Source of the DNA: Bradymonadia bacterium
GTDB lineage: Bacteria; Myxococcota_A; Bradymonadia; UBA7976; UBA1532
Direction of reading: 5' to 3'
Assembly: GCA_046290225.1 (NCBI GenBank)
Contig: JBKAGE010000045.1
Coordinates: 34,279-98,278 of the forward strand
Length of the DNA: 64,000 bases
In this document: positions 45,724 through 54,755 of the stretch, in pieces
How the letters are laid out: every line of letters starts with the position of its first letter
Position numbering within the stretch: position 1 is the first letter of the stretch
The notes under the pieces: model-generated
The model's input: only the letters and a program-made list of their open reading frames with translations
Databases searched by the model: none
Told to the model about the DNA's origin: nothing
Program-made: the position numbers and the translations under genes

Positions 45724-46964
45724 CAGGCACCTCGGTAAATTTGATGGGTTTCGCCCAGGGCATCGAGGATCTCTTGGGCATATCGCTCACCGGCCTCATC
45801 CGGATCGGTGAACACGTAGATGGGTACGTCTTTCGGGAGGCGCCTTCGCAACTCCCGGAACGCCTTGAAGCTGCCAGAGGTACCCCCGAACACAGCTCGC
45901 CGGCGATTGGGGGTGCGCATGCACTCTTTGAGGCCCGCCAGCCAGCAGGTGATGCCCTCGGTGATCCAAATCCCCGACAAGCCCTCGGGCCGCTCGCCGC
46001 GGAGCAGGGCTCTCGCCGATCGGTCAGCCATCAGGAGGCCTTCGGCTGAGCCAGTTCCCCGACGTGGCCAGATGGTCTTGGGCCCTGCCTTCCACTGGCA
46101 TTTGGGGCATTTTCGGCCGTCGAGGGGAGTCTCGCAGCGCTCGCAGATCTGCTGCCCATCTCTCACGAGAGGTACTGCTCTGCCATGCACCGAGACCCCG
46201 CGACCTTCGATGTCAAAGGCCGGCACCACAATGCGATATCGAGAACCCCACTTCGCGGGCCACCACTGCGGCCACCCGCCAGGAGGTCCCTCAAGGGGGG
46301 TCACACGCACCAGTGCGGAATCGAACTTTGCCAGGAGCTGGCGTCGCTCCAAGAACAACTCCGGCTCGACGTCGAGGGGGCCCGACTCGCCGTCGAAAAG
46401 CCACTCACTGACCTCTGGATGCACCGCAGCACCAGTCTCTCTTGAGAGATCTTCGAGGATCTGAATCGGGGGCCTCAGATCGTAGCTCGGCACATTGGCG
46501 TCGAGGGGCCGGCAGGCCTTCCAGAAGGGCCCCAACTCCTGGGCCGGAGGTGGGCTCGCCCTCTTGGGCTCCGCAGGTGGCTTCACCTTCACCACCGCAG
46601 CCTTCTTGGCGCGTCGAGGATCTGGCTTGTGATCCGACGGGCCATCGCAGAAGCCGTGATCTGCATACCAGCGCCAGACCATCTCGTGCTGGTCCCGACT
46701 GAGGCCCTTGAACTTGGCACCGGTGAGGGTATAGGCCACGGCGTCGAGATGGCCACCGTTGGCCTGGCAGTCCCCGCGCTGACACTGCCAACCACCTCGG
46801 TCCAGCACATTCACCGGAGGCCTTCGGTCTGAAGATCCCCGCTGCTCTGCACCGCAGGCTGGACAGGGCCACACCTGGTTGGGGTTGCGCCTGGGCCGAA
46901 TACCCAGGAGATGCAGCACGTGCATGGTCTTCACGCTTCGAGCCTGATCGATCCAGCTGATCAT
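45720..46964 (-). CDS. Primase-like protein (Zn-binding + TOPRIM)
   Basis: CPAC...C..C; ITEG...DPDEAGERYA. Confidence 0.75.
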   Translation of the reverse strand: MISWIDQARSVKTMHVLHLLGIRPRRNPNQVWPCPACGAEQRGSSDRRPPVNVLDRGGWQCQRGDCQANGGHLDAVAYTLTGAKFKGLSRDQHEMVWRWYADHGFCDGPSDHKPDPRRAKKAAVVKVKPPAEPKRASPPPAQELGPFWKACRPLDANVPSYDLRPPIQILEDLSRETGAAVHPEVSEWLFDGESGPLDVEPELFLERRQLLAKFDSALVRVTPLEGPPGGWPQWWPAKWGSRYRIVVPAFDIEGRGVSVHGRAVPLVRDGQQICERCETPLDGRKCPKCQWKAGPKTIWPRRGTGSAEGLLMADRSARALLRGERPEGLSGIWITEGITCWLAGLKECMRTPNRRRAVFGGTSGSFKAFRELRRRLPKDVPIYVFTDPDEAGERYAQEILDALGETHQIYRGAW

Positions 46965-47680
46965 GGCTCAAACCCCCGGGGCGTACGGCAGTGCACTATG
47001 TGGGTGCCTTCTCGAACCCTTCGAGCAGCTTGAGCCCCAATCACATCTTCGAGCTCTTCCGGCAGGATGTTTGATGTCCACACCGTGGGCAGCCGTGCCT
47101 CGTATCGATGAGAGATCATCGCCAAGAGCCAGTCAGTGGTGCTGTTGGTCCTCTGGGCCGTCATGCCCAAGTCATCGAAGATCAGCAGCGGGATTCTCTG
47201 CAGTTCCGAAAGCAGGTGCGCAGGATCTCCCGAGGCTCGGTCTGAGTAGCGAGATCGCATCTCAAGGAAGAAGTCGGCCTCGGTCCAGTACATGAGATCT
47301 GCGCCCCTTGGCGCCATCTTCACCAGGAAGCGCCCAAGCTGCACAGCCCGAGTGGTCTTCCAGGTACCCGTTTCTCCATGCAGGTAGATGGAGACCCCAG
47401 CCATCAGACTCCTTATCAGCTTTGGGATCTCATCGCGGATGTGAGCCTCGGCACCCTCCTTCAAGAAAGAGATGTGTCGCTGACTGAGGCGAGACTTTCC
47501 CCAGCGTCGCCACTTTGCTGCGACGTCCGCGAGCTCTGAGGATTTTGCTCTGGCATCCCGCTCGGCTCTATCCGAGCAAGGCTGGCACCGAATGGGGTGC
47601 CACATCTCATTGCCTTTGAACCTCACCGGAGCCACATCACAACCGCAGCCGACGCACTGTGGCGCCTTTCTCTCAAACAT
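46961..47680 (-). CDS. DnaC/IstB-like helicase loader ATPase
   Basis: N-terminal CxxC; YLHGETGTWKT; LLIFDDLG; RY...PTVWTSN. Confidence 0.9.
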   Translation of the reverse strand: MFERKAPQCVGCGCDVAPVRFKGNEMWHPIRCQPCSDRAERDARAKSSELADVAAKWRRWGKSRLSQRHISFLKEGAEAHIRDEIPKLIRSLMAGVSIYLHGETGTWKTTRAVQLGRFLVKMAPRGADLMYWTEADFFLEMRSRYSDRASGDPAHLLSELQRIPLLIFDDLGMTAQRTNSTTDWLLAMISHRYEARLPTVWTSNILPEELEDVIGAQAARRVREGTHIVHCRTPRGFEP

Positions 47681-48875
47681 CGTAGTTCTCCGCATCGAGG
47701 CGAAGGCGCCCTGCGTAGCACTCGCGGTACACCCAGTCTTCATTGAGACGGCGGGTCAGGGCTTCAGTGTCTCGTGCGTATTCTGGGCGTCCGGCGATGA
47801 GCGACCTGGCTTTCTTCGACCGTGCGAGCTCGCCCTCAGTGATCCCCATCGGTGCGATGAGACCCATCTGCTGGTGCTCTTGAGTCCAGTTGCCTCGGAG
47901 CAGCTGCCAAAGCGCGTTGTACTGCTTTCCATTCCCGTCCGTACCCATCGCCCGACCACTCGCCCGAGCGCCGTCGATCACAGCGATGAGATCCGCAAGG
48001 CTCCAGCCCTCATCGAGGCGCTCGAACGTTGCCTCGAGGTCTTTGCTCTTGGCTTTGCCTAACACCAGCGAAGCAGCGGGCAATGCCATCACCCGGCAGT
48101 GGTACTGCACTAGCCGGATGGCATCTGCGATCACGGTGGGGGCCCTACCCACTTCGATTTGGGTCCTAAGCCACCTCCCCGTCGCCAGCTTCCGGTCCCT
48201 CTGCTCGCCCACCCAGTGGGCTGCCCCTTCGACCTGCACCACGACCGCGCCGCCAAGCTCCACCCGCGTCCAGCCGTGCATCCACAACTTGCCCAGGGCC
48301 GCCACTGCCGCGATCGGATCATCAGACTCCAGGGCCACCATGGGATCTGGCTTTCGCTCCGGCGCCGGCGGGAAGTACTTCGAGAGATCGCCTACGATCG
48401 GAGGGATCATGTTGCCGTCGAACGCCTCTTGGATCCGTCGACGCTTCTCTGCGGCTCTCTGGGCCACGGGATTGGCCTGACCCTCACCTGGGGTGGGGCT
48501 GACACCTGAACACCCGTTCTCACCCATTTCTCGGGCTTCTGAGTGGGCTTGCTTTGCGCAGTCGCCGGCCGCTTCAGCTTCGATCTCTTGGAGGAAGGCT
48601 TCGATCTCAGGATCGATCTCCTGACGAGGCACCCACGTCTGGCCCGGGATGTATGGGTTATCTGAGACCTTCTCGGCCCTGATCTCATCAACCCTCGAAA
48701 AATCGTCCTGATTTCCCTCGGTGGTGCTGCGGCGCATCTGGGGCACGTCGGCTCTGGCTTCCCGAGCCTCGCTGAGCTCAGCCTGGCCGGGCACGCCCTC
48801 GCGTGCGTCTACGTTCCCCGAGCCGGGCATTGCACCACCAATATTTTGATATTTGATTTGGCCGGGAGCGCACAT
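47673..48875 (-). CDS. Replication-region protein (probable C-terminal part of initiator)
   Basis: Upstream of DnaC; RLDEGWSLADLIAVID; frame stays open upstream to ~49091 with no ATG/GTG/TTG. Confidence 0.6.
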   Translation of the reverse strand: MCAPGQIKYQNIGGAMPGSGNVDAREGVPGQAELSEAREARADVPQMRRSTTEGNQDDFSRVDEIRAEKVSDNPYIPGQTWVPRQEIDPEIEAFLQEIEAEAAGDCAKQAHSEAREMGENGCSGVSPTPGEGQANPVAQRAAEKRRRIQEAFDGNMIPPIVGDLSKYFPPAPERKPDPMVALESDDPIAAVAALGKLWMHGWTRVELGGAVVVQVEGAAHWVGEQRDRKLATGRWLRTQIEVGRAPTVIADAIRLVQYHCRVMALPAASLVLGKAKSKDLEATFERLDEGWSLADLIAVIDGARASGRAMGTDGNGKQYNALWQLLRGNWTQEHQQMGLIAPMGITEGELARSKKARSLIAGRPEYARDTEALTRRLNEDWVYRECYAGRLRLDAENYDV

Positions 48876-48904
48876 AAGGCCTTCCGGCTGACTTACGTCA
48901 GCCG

Positions 48905-49570
48905 TCAGGCTCTTAGTATGTATGTTCTTAGTGAAATGCGCGCGCCCGGAGTCTGAGGATCGCGCATGTGTATGCCCGCAGGGGGGAGCCCCCCCTTGAG
49001 CCCCCCCTTGAGCCCCCCTTTGAGCCCCCCTTTGAGTGCCCCCTTGAGTCCCCGAGTCCCCGCTCGATTGAGGTATGCCGATGAGCCCAGATCAGGGAAT
49101 TGGAGGACAGGGGCCGCATTCATGATTTCACGCGCATGCTCATAAGCATCAGCTACAAGAAGCCTGAGCTGTTGCCCCTGGCTAAGCTCGACTTGACAGG
49201 ACCACGCTTGACCCGGCTTGGTCTGCTGAGTCGTCAAGACACCAATTGTCTTGAGTCGGTAGATGCTGCTTTGGACTGATCTGATCGTAACGCTCAAGTA
49301 GGAGGCAACACTCCTTCTGGTCACAGTCTCTTCGGACTTCTTCATACGCATGATGGCGATGAGAACTTTGAGGTCACCATGCGAGACTTGGTCAACTCCA
49401 AATTCTGAGTCGGCCTCAGTTTGGATAGAAGCGACTACTTCAAGGCTCAGGCCTGGGTGAACCGTCCTTCCTCTTCGAGAGGGCGGTCCTACATCTCTCC
49501 TACGAGATGAGTGGAATGAAACCGTGGCCTGGGATGTAGAAGGTCTGCGATGGGCTTTGTGGGATGACAC
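48905..49570 (-). CDS. wHTH replication initiator (N-terminal part)
   Basis: DLKVLIAI...TRRSVASYLSVTIRSVQSSIYRLKTIGVL. Confidence 0.65.
   Translation of the reverse strand: MSSHKAHRRPSTSQATVSFHSSRRRDVGPPSRRGRTVHPGLSLEVVASIQTEADSEFGVDQVSHGDLKVLIAIMRMKKSEETVTRRSVASYLSVTIRSVQSSIYRLKTIGVLTTQQTKPGQAWSCQVELSQGQQLRLLVADAYEHAREIMNAAPVLQFPDLGSSAYLNRAGTRGLKGALKGGLKGGLKGGLKGGLPPAGIHMRDPQTPGARISLRTYILRA
48986..49061. repeat. ~5 tandem 12-bp G-rich repeats (iteron-like)
   Basis: Minus-strand unit CTCAAGGGGGGG/CTCAAAGGGGGG, degenerating at one end. Confidence 0.9.
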
Positions 49571-49806
49571 ACCTCACTCCTTGCCTGGAAATGTGGGTTC
49601 CACTTTTGGCAGAGGGGACCAGAGCGGAAGAACCTCTGGTCCAGCCGTCAGCAATGGTTCAACGGCCAACGAAACGAACAAATAACGTCACAGACGGTTT
49701 TTAGGCAATCAAAAAACCACCGCTGATGTTTTTTGTTCGTGTGGCTTTCACACTGAACGCGTTTTCAGGTACAAGGTTCAGAACCTTGGGTGCAAAAGAG
49801 GGCAAA

Positions 49807-50016
49807 ATGAGTGATCAGGCCAAAGGTGGGATGACCGATTCGCGAACCTTCAGCTTAAACGGCGTTGAGGTCAGCACGACGTTGAATGATGTAGATATGG
49901 TGGAAGAATTATTGAGGTGGCTTGGGGAAATCTACCGGCAAAGGGGAGAGAATCCTACTCTTCCCTCGTCTGACGAAACATCTCAGAGAAACGACCACTG
50001 CACATCGACAAGATGA
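49807..50016 (+). CDS. Small hypothetical protein
   Basis: GAGG SD; overlaps the repressor 3' end. Confidence 0.35.
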   Translation: MSDQAKGGMTDSRTFSLNGVEVSTTLNDVDMVEELLRWLGEIYRQRGENPTLPSSDETSQRNDHCTSTR

Positions 50017-50377
50017 AGGGAATATCTCCTCTTTCCCAGGCTTTAGCGACCAAGACAGCTTCCGCTCCAAAGGCTGGCAGTCCTGAACTAGATCCGCTTT
50101 CACTCGGAGACCGTTGCGTTTCCCCTCCCCATCCACTCATCACTTCAAAGGGATCTTTGCCTGCACCCTGACACCAGGCTGAGATGTGTTGGGCAGTGAT
50201 CCACACGTCGCCCCGCTCTACAGCACTGATCGCACTTTGCTTGTACTGCTCATTGAGAGCAGCTGAGAGTTCGATCTGGCTTAAGCCTGCGCCCTTTCGA
50301 ATATCTCTGAGCCTTCCTCCCAACTCCACATTGAAAGAATTACCACTAGGGAAGGTTTTGGAGTTGACGTCTAACAT
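49955..50377 (-). CDS. CI-like XRE repressor
   Basis: LGGRLRDIRKGAGLSQIELS...QSAISAVERG; divergent from the Cro-like gene. Confidence 0.8.
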   Translation of the reverse strand: MLDVNSKTFPSGNSFNVELGGRLRDIRKGAGLSQIELSAALNEQYKQSAISAVERGDVWITAQHISAWCQGAGKDPFEVMSGWGGETQRSPSESGSSSGLPAFGAEAVLVAKAWERGDIPFILSMCSGRFSEMFRQTREE

Positions 50378-50424
50378 CTCAGACGGTATTCCTTTCAACG
50401 GCAGCATGATGAAGGGTTTTGAGA

Positions 50425-50691
50425 ATGAAAGGGAGCAGGGCGACTGGGCTTGGCAGAGGGAAACCCATCGCAGACACGGCTTTTTCGAGATGGGCTCAAA
50501 GGATGGGGGGGCGAGATATCGTTGCGAAAATCCTGGACATCTCTGACAGCTGGGCGGAGAAGCTCGCTCAAGGAAAAAACCGTCCCAGCTTCCCTCTCGC
50601 CGCCAAGATCGAGAAGTACAGTCGAGGCCAAGTCACCATGGCCATGATGGATGAAGACTTTCAACGATGCTCCGGCAAACGGACAGCTTAG
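50425..50691 (+). CDS. Cro/YdaS-like HTH protein
   Basis: VAKILDISDSWAEKLAQGKNRPSFPLAAKIEKYSRGQV. Confidence 0.8.
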   Translation: MKGSRATGLGRGKPIADTAFSRWAQRMGGRDIVAKILDISDSWAEKLAQGKNRPSFPLAAKIEKYSRGQVTMAMMDEDFQRCSGKRTA

Positions 50692-50766
50692 ACGCTTAAT
50701 ATCGCTTTGTGCGGTATTCGTCTAGACGGTATTCCCGCCGATGGAGAGATCTGTGGAGATGGGTTT

Positions 50767-51153
50767 GTGATTATCGAAGAGATCGATAGAGAGCTGCTGT
50801 GCGACATGACCGAGGAGGAGCAACGCCTCCGCGGTATTGAGCTGGCTGAGCTCACTGCTCAGTTTAAAGAGCTGGAAGCAGAGAAGAAGGCTGCCGCCAA
50901 GGAGTATGGAGATCGCATCAAGGCGATGCGCGAGAAGCTCGAGAGCCTCAGCAAAGATGTGGAGTCATGCACCGAGAAGCGCAGGGTGGCCTGCCACATC
51001 GAGGGTGAGATCCGATCGGGTGAGGTGCAGATCCGCCGCCTCGACACTCGAGAGGTCGTCGAGACACGAGACGCCACTGCCAAAGAGATGCAGCTGATGA
51101 ACAGGAGGGTACAGGGCAGCTTCCCTGGCCTCGACGGGCCGACTGCTCACTAA
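50767..51153 (+). CDS. Hypothetical coiled-coil phage protein
   Basis: GTG with GGAG SD; IRRLDTREVVETR motif. Confidence 0.65.
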   Translation: MIIEEIDRELLCDMTEEEQRLRGIELAELTAQFKELEAEKKAAAKEYGDRIKAMREKLESLSKDVESCTEKRRVACHIEGEIRSGEVQIRRLDTREVVETRDATAKEMQLMNRRVQGSFPGLDGPTAH

Positions 51154-51198
51154 AGCAGTCATACCTACAGCCATATAAACACATAGAAGAGGCCTCCC

Positions 51199-51564
51199 AT
51201 GGATAGGGATACATCCCCACAGGATAAGTGCGGCCTCGAGGCGCACGTGGACATTGAAGATCTCAAGCACATGCCTGAATTGGCACGAGATGCGATGCAC
51301 GAGTTCGATAACTACGTGCGCGCAGCAGCCATCGTGATGCGGCCACCCACTATGGCGGAGCAAATGATCCGGCGTAGCATCGAGGCCTCAATCTACGTTT
51401 ACGGGGCGGTCTTTACGATGCAAGAGAACGCCAAGCTGCGAGAAGAGCTGGCGTTCAAGGAGAAGCAGAGAGAGCTCTCAACGAAAAGGGTAGAGCGGGC
51501 GCTGGCGCCTCGACGACTGACCCCGCCGGCTGGGCTGGGTCGACACAGGATCAGCAGGGTCTAA
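51199..51564 (+). CDS. Hypothetical protein
   Basis: GAGG SD. Confidence 0.6.
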   Translation: MDRDTSPQDKCGLEAHVDIEDLKHMPELARDAMHEFDNYVRAAAIVMRPPTMAEQMIRRSIEASIYVYGAVFTMQENAKLREELAFKEKQRELSTKRVERALAPRRLTPPAGLGRHRISRV

Positions 51565-51593
51565 ACACAGGCAACACATACAGAGGTCTGAAG

Positions 51594-52673
51594 ATGCCAT
51601 TCAAAAAGATGGAGAGGGCGAAGTACGCCCCGCGCCAGTGGTCGTTGGCTGGATACCCCGGCGCCGGCAAGTCCACCTTCGCGGCCCAGATGAAGGGGCC
51701 CCTGCTGCCCATTGACGCTGATCATCGCTTCCAAGAGGTGCTCAGCAGCGTCGAGGGTGATGTCTTCGCGTTGAGTGACACACCCTCTGACAATGTGGAT
51801 CCCGATCGCATCTCCACGTTGCTCAACCAGAACATGCCCGGGGCTGGGGTGCAGACCATCGTGGTCGACTCACTCACCGCCATCATCACCCCCATCGTGG
51901 TGCAGGCCATGCTCGACCACGACAAGGGCCGAGCCCGCAACCTGTCAGCGGCCTTCAAGACCAAGGCCCTGGCCATGCGCCAGCTGCAAGACGCCGTCAC
52001 CCGCTGGGGCTGCGACGTCCTCTGGATCTACCACCTGCAAGACGGCCGCGACGCCCAGGCCCGCGAGGGCACCAGGTCGAGCATCAGCCCAACCGAGTTG
52101 GCCCGACTGCACCGCAGCATCAACTGCCACCTCGAGATCATCGAGGACGGCGAGGGTCAGCGCGGTGTGAGGGTGGTCTGGTGCCGGCGGGGCCGATCCG
52201 GAATGACCCTCTGGGACGAGACCGGCGGCTTCGTGGGTATGCCCGAAAAGCTCGAGGCTGCCATGTACGACGGCCTCACCGACGAAGAGCAAGATCGCAT
52301 CGAGGGTGCCCTCCCTCAGATCTTCTCTGGGCCGGATGAGGCCATCGCCTGGGGCTTCGAGCAGGAGGGCGTATTCGCAGCCCTGCAGCATGCTCGCAAC
52401 GCATACGACAAGCTCAAGCGCGAGCACAGCCCCCGCGATGCGCGGGAGATGGCCCAGCTTTGGGTCGGAGAGGTCTACCGGCGCCTGGTCGAAGGCTGCC
52501 CCGAGGAGGCGCTCATGCCTCTGGCCCAGCTCGTCAGTGAGCACGCAGTGCACCAACTCAACACTGAGGGCCCCGACACGGTTCGGTCAGAGCTGCCGAG
52601 CATGCTGCACCAATCACAGGTGCCGCTCTCGCTGGTGCGGCAAACCGTCACCGACAACTCGCCCCCGAACTGA
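51594..52673 (+). CDS. AAA/RecA-like ATPase (Sak4-like recombination protein)
   Basis: GYPGAGKST, TIVVDSLT, WIYH. Confidence 0.75.
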   Translation: MPFKKMERAKYAPRQWSLAGYPGAGKSTFAAQMKGPLLPIDADHRFQEVLSSVEGDVFALSDTPSDNVDPDRISTLLNQNMPGAGVQTIVVDSLTAIITPIVVQAMLDHDKGRARNLSAAFKTKALAMRQLQDAVTRWGCDVLWIYHLQDGRDAQAREGTRSSISPTELARLHRSINCHLEIIEDGEGQRGVRVVWCRRGRSGMTLWDETGGFVGMPEKLEAAMYDGLTDEEQDRIEGALPQIFSGPDEAIAWGFEQEGVFAALQHARNAYDKLKREHSPRDAREMAQLWVGEVYRRLVEGCPEEALMPLAQLVSEHAVHQLNTEGPDTVRSELPSMLHQSQVPLSLVRQTVTDNSPPN

Positions 52674-52683
52674 GGAGCCACCC

Positions 52684-53844
52684 ATGCACGCCAAGACGCT
52701 CACCGCCGACAAGGCCGCCGCCGCGTTCACTTGCCCTGCCTACGAGAGGCGCATGACCGGCAAGCAGTGCTCACAGAGCTGGACGCTGCTGAACCTTCAA
52801 ACGCCGAGCGTTCAACTCAAGCGTGCCCGAGCCAAATGCATCAACTGCCCCATCGGGCAACTACGCACCGAAGCTCTGGCAAACGCCAAGCCCGGTGAGA
52901 TCGAGAAGCCCAGCCAGGCATCGCCCTTTGATGTCGAGCTGAACCCCCAAGAGCAAAGGGAGTCACCCATGCCAAACAAGCCCAAGTCGTTCAAATGTTA
53001 CGTGTGTACTGCAACCGCAGTCAGCGTCAGACCTGACGATCACCCACTCCACGGTGCCTGCAACCACTGCATTGAGACCGGCCGAGGGCGTGTGCGACGC
53101 CGGCGGCAAGCAGAGGGGCTCAAATCCGGCGGTACCCAAGAAGATGTACGCGAAGCCCTCCAGGTGCTCGCAGCTGAGCATCAAGAGGCTCGAGAGCGCT
53201 CAGCTGAAAAGGCCAAGCTCGAGGCCGAGTCACCTGCCAAGCAGCCTGCCTCGAAGAAGCCTGCTGCAAAGAAGCCCGCTCCCAAGCGTACCACCAGGGC
53301 AGTCACGAAGAAGCCCGCGGCGAAGAAGCCTGCAGCGAAAAAGCCCGTGGCGAAGAAGCCTGCCGAAGACACCAAGGTACCTGACATCGCGCCGGTGGTG
53401 CCCCGCATCACCAATGAGGCGAAGGCAGACAATGTCAACGCTGATGAAGCCCCACAGCGCGAGCCTTCGGCACCCCTGCCGGCAGCGGTCTTGAGCGCGC
53501 CGGCAAAGCTGGAGGCGGTGCCAGACGTTGGCGCAGACGCAGAAGAAGAGATGTGCGAGGTGCCCATCTTTGACCTACACCTCCCCAGTAAGCCGAAGAG
53601 TGGGATCTCCCCTCAAAGAGAGGCCGAGATTCTTCGAGAGGCCCTCATGAACGCCAATGGTGGGCTCTTCAGTGCAGAGGTTGCCCTCAAGGCTGCAGAC
53701 ATCGCCATAGCGCTGCTCCGAGAGCCAGAGCTTGAGCACCTGGTGCTTGATCTGATGAAGCCTTCATCGCCGGCCCCGAGCGTCCACGAGGTGGGCATGG
53801 CTGGCGAAGACGAAGGGTTCGAGTACGAGGCGGCTGCGGGATGA
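52684..53844 (+). CDS. Cys-containing protein with histone-like KKPAA repeats
   Basis: CxxC pairs; KKPAAKKPAP...KKPAAKKPAAKKPVAKKPA. Confidence 0.7.
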   Translation: MHAKTLTADKAAAAFTCPAYERRMTGKQCSQSWTLLNLQTPSVQLKRARAKCINCPIGQLRTEALANAKPGEIEKPSQASPFDVELNPQEQRESPMPNKPKSFKCYVCTATAVSVRPDDHPLHGACNHCIETGRGRVRRRRQAEGLKSGGTQEDVREALQVLAAEHQEARERSAEKAKLEAESPAKQPASKKPAAKKPAPKRTTRAVTKKPAAKKPAAKKPVAKKPAEDTKVPDIAPVVPRITNEAKADNVNADEAPQREPSAPLPAAVLSAPAKLEAVPDVGADAEEEMCEVPIFDLHLPSKPKSGISPQREAEILREALMNANGGLFSAEVALKAADIAIALLREPELEHLVLDLMKPSSPAPSVHEVGMAGEDEGFEYEAAAG

Positions 53845-54446
53845 TCACTCTGCCACAGGATCTGCCAGTGTCAGAGGATGAGGCGCGGGCAGCATTCCAC
53901 TGCAGCATCCTCGGCCTTTCGATGACTGGCGACCTGTGCGCCAGCCGATTTCTCAAGGCCACCAAGGCCGCCCAATGCTCGTGCTGCAACGGCTGCCACT
54001 TCGGCAAGCGGCGGGCAGCCTTGCTTGAGCCTGACCAGTGCAGAGCTGCGGTAGCACGTCACGACAAGAGGAACCCTCCGCCTCGGCGGGGCAAGAAGAC
54101 CGTTGAGCGGTGGTGCGCGGAGTGCCTGGCGCCCTACAGAACCGCGAAGGGCCCAGAGCACCCAACCTACGCCTTCTGTCGAAAGTGCGTCAGCAAAGGG
54201 CGGGCACGCTGCAAGACGAAGCTGGGCCATGGGGGCACCCCGTCTCAGCAGGCAGATGCCTTGAGGCGGGCGCGCCTGAGCCATCAGCCGCAGCTCGAAG
54301 CACTCATCGCACAGCGCGAGATCTACCGAGGAGCCCTCGCGTCGGTTTCACCAGAAGCACTCAAAGAGGCGGACGATGCCTTCGCACAGCTTGAGTTTGG
54401 AGAGGACCTTGAAGAGCCCAATGCATCTGACACCGACGCTGCCTGA
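53841..54446 (+). CDS. Cys-rich hypothetical protein
   Basis: Several CxxC; similar Cys layout to the upstream gene. Confidence 0.6.
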   Translation: MITLPQDLPVSEDEARAAFHCSILGLSMTGDLCASRFLKATKAAQCSCCNGCHFGKRRAALLEPDQCRAAVARHDKRNPPPRRGKKTVERWCAECLAPYRTAKGPEHPTYAFCRKCVSKGRARCKTKLGHGGTPSQQADALRRARLSHQPQLEALIAQREIYRGALASVSPEALKEADDAFAQLEFGEDLEEPNASDTDAA

Positions 54447-54506
54447 AGTCATCTCGCCCGTCACCGAGCTCGCGAAGCATTGCGAGAGCACCAAGGGGGT
54501 GGAGTC

Positions 54507-54755
54507 ATGATGGCCTGGATCCGCTGGGCCGACGAAGGCCCCAAAGCTGACGCGCCCGCGGCGCTGCCCGAGGGGGTGAAGGTGCACGACATGCCCATCC
54601 TCGAAGGGGGTCGTGGCTACGGCTGGGTCGAGGGCCCCACCCTCGAGGACTGCAGGCTCGCCGTCGAGAGCCTGCGTCATGTCACTGAATGGCACTCATG
54701 TGGCGAGCGAGATCCGAAGTGGACGCCGCCCATCATTGGTGGAGCACGAGCATGA
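54507..54755 (+). CDS. Hypothetical protein
   Basis: GGAG SD; coupled to the helicase. Confidence 0.5.
   Translation: MMAWIRWADEGPKADAPAALPEGVKVHDMPILEGGRGYGWVEGPTLEDCRLAVESLRHVTEWHSCGERDPKWTPPIIGGARA

Noticed and set aside
46961..47680. IS21 istB
   Set aside because: No istA or terminal repeats; the context is initiator-loader-primase-DnaB.
52306..52683. N-terminal extension of the 512-aa ORF
   Set aside because: Overlaps the ATPase gene; the ATG at 52684 has a GAGGAG SD.
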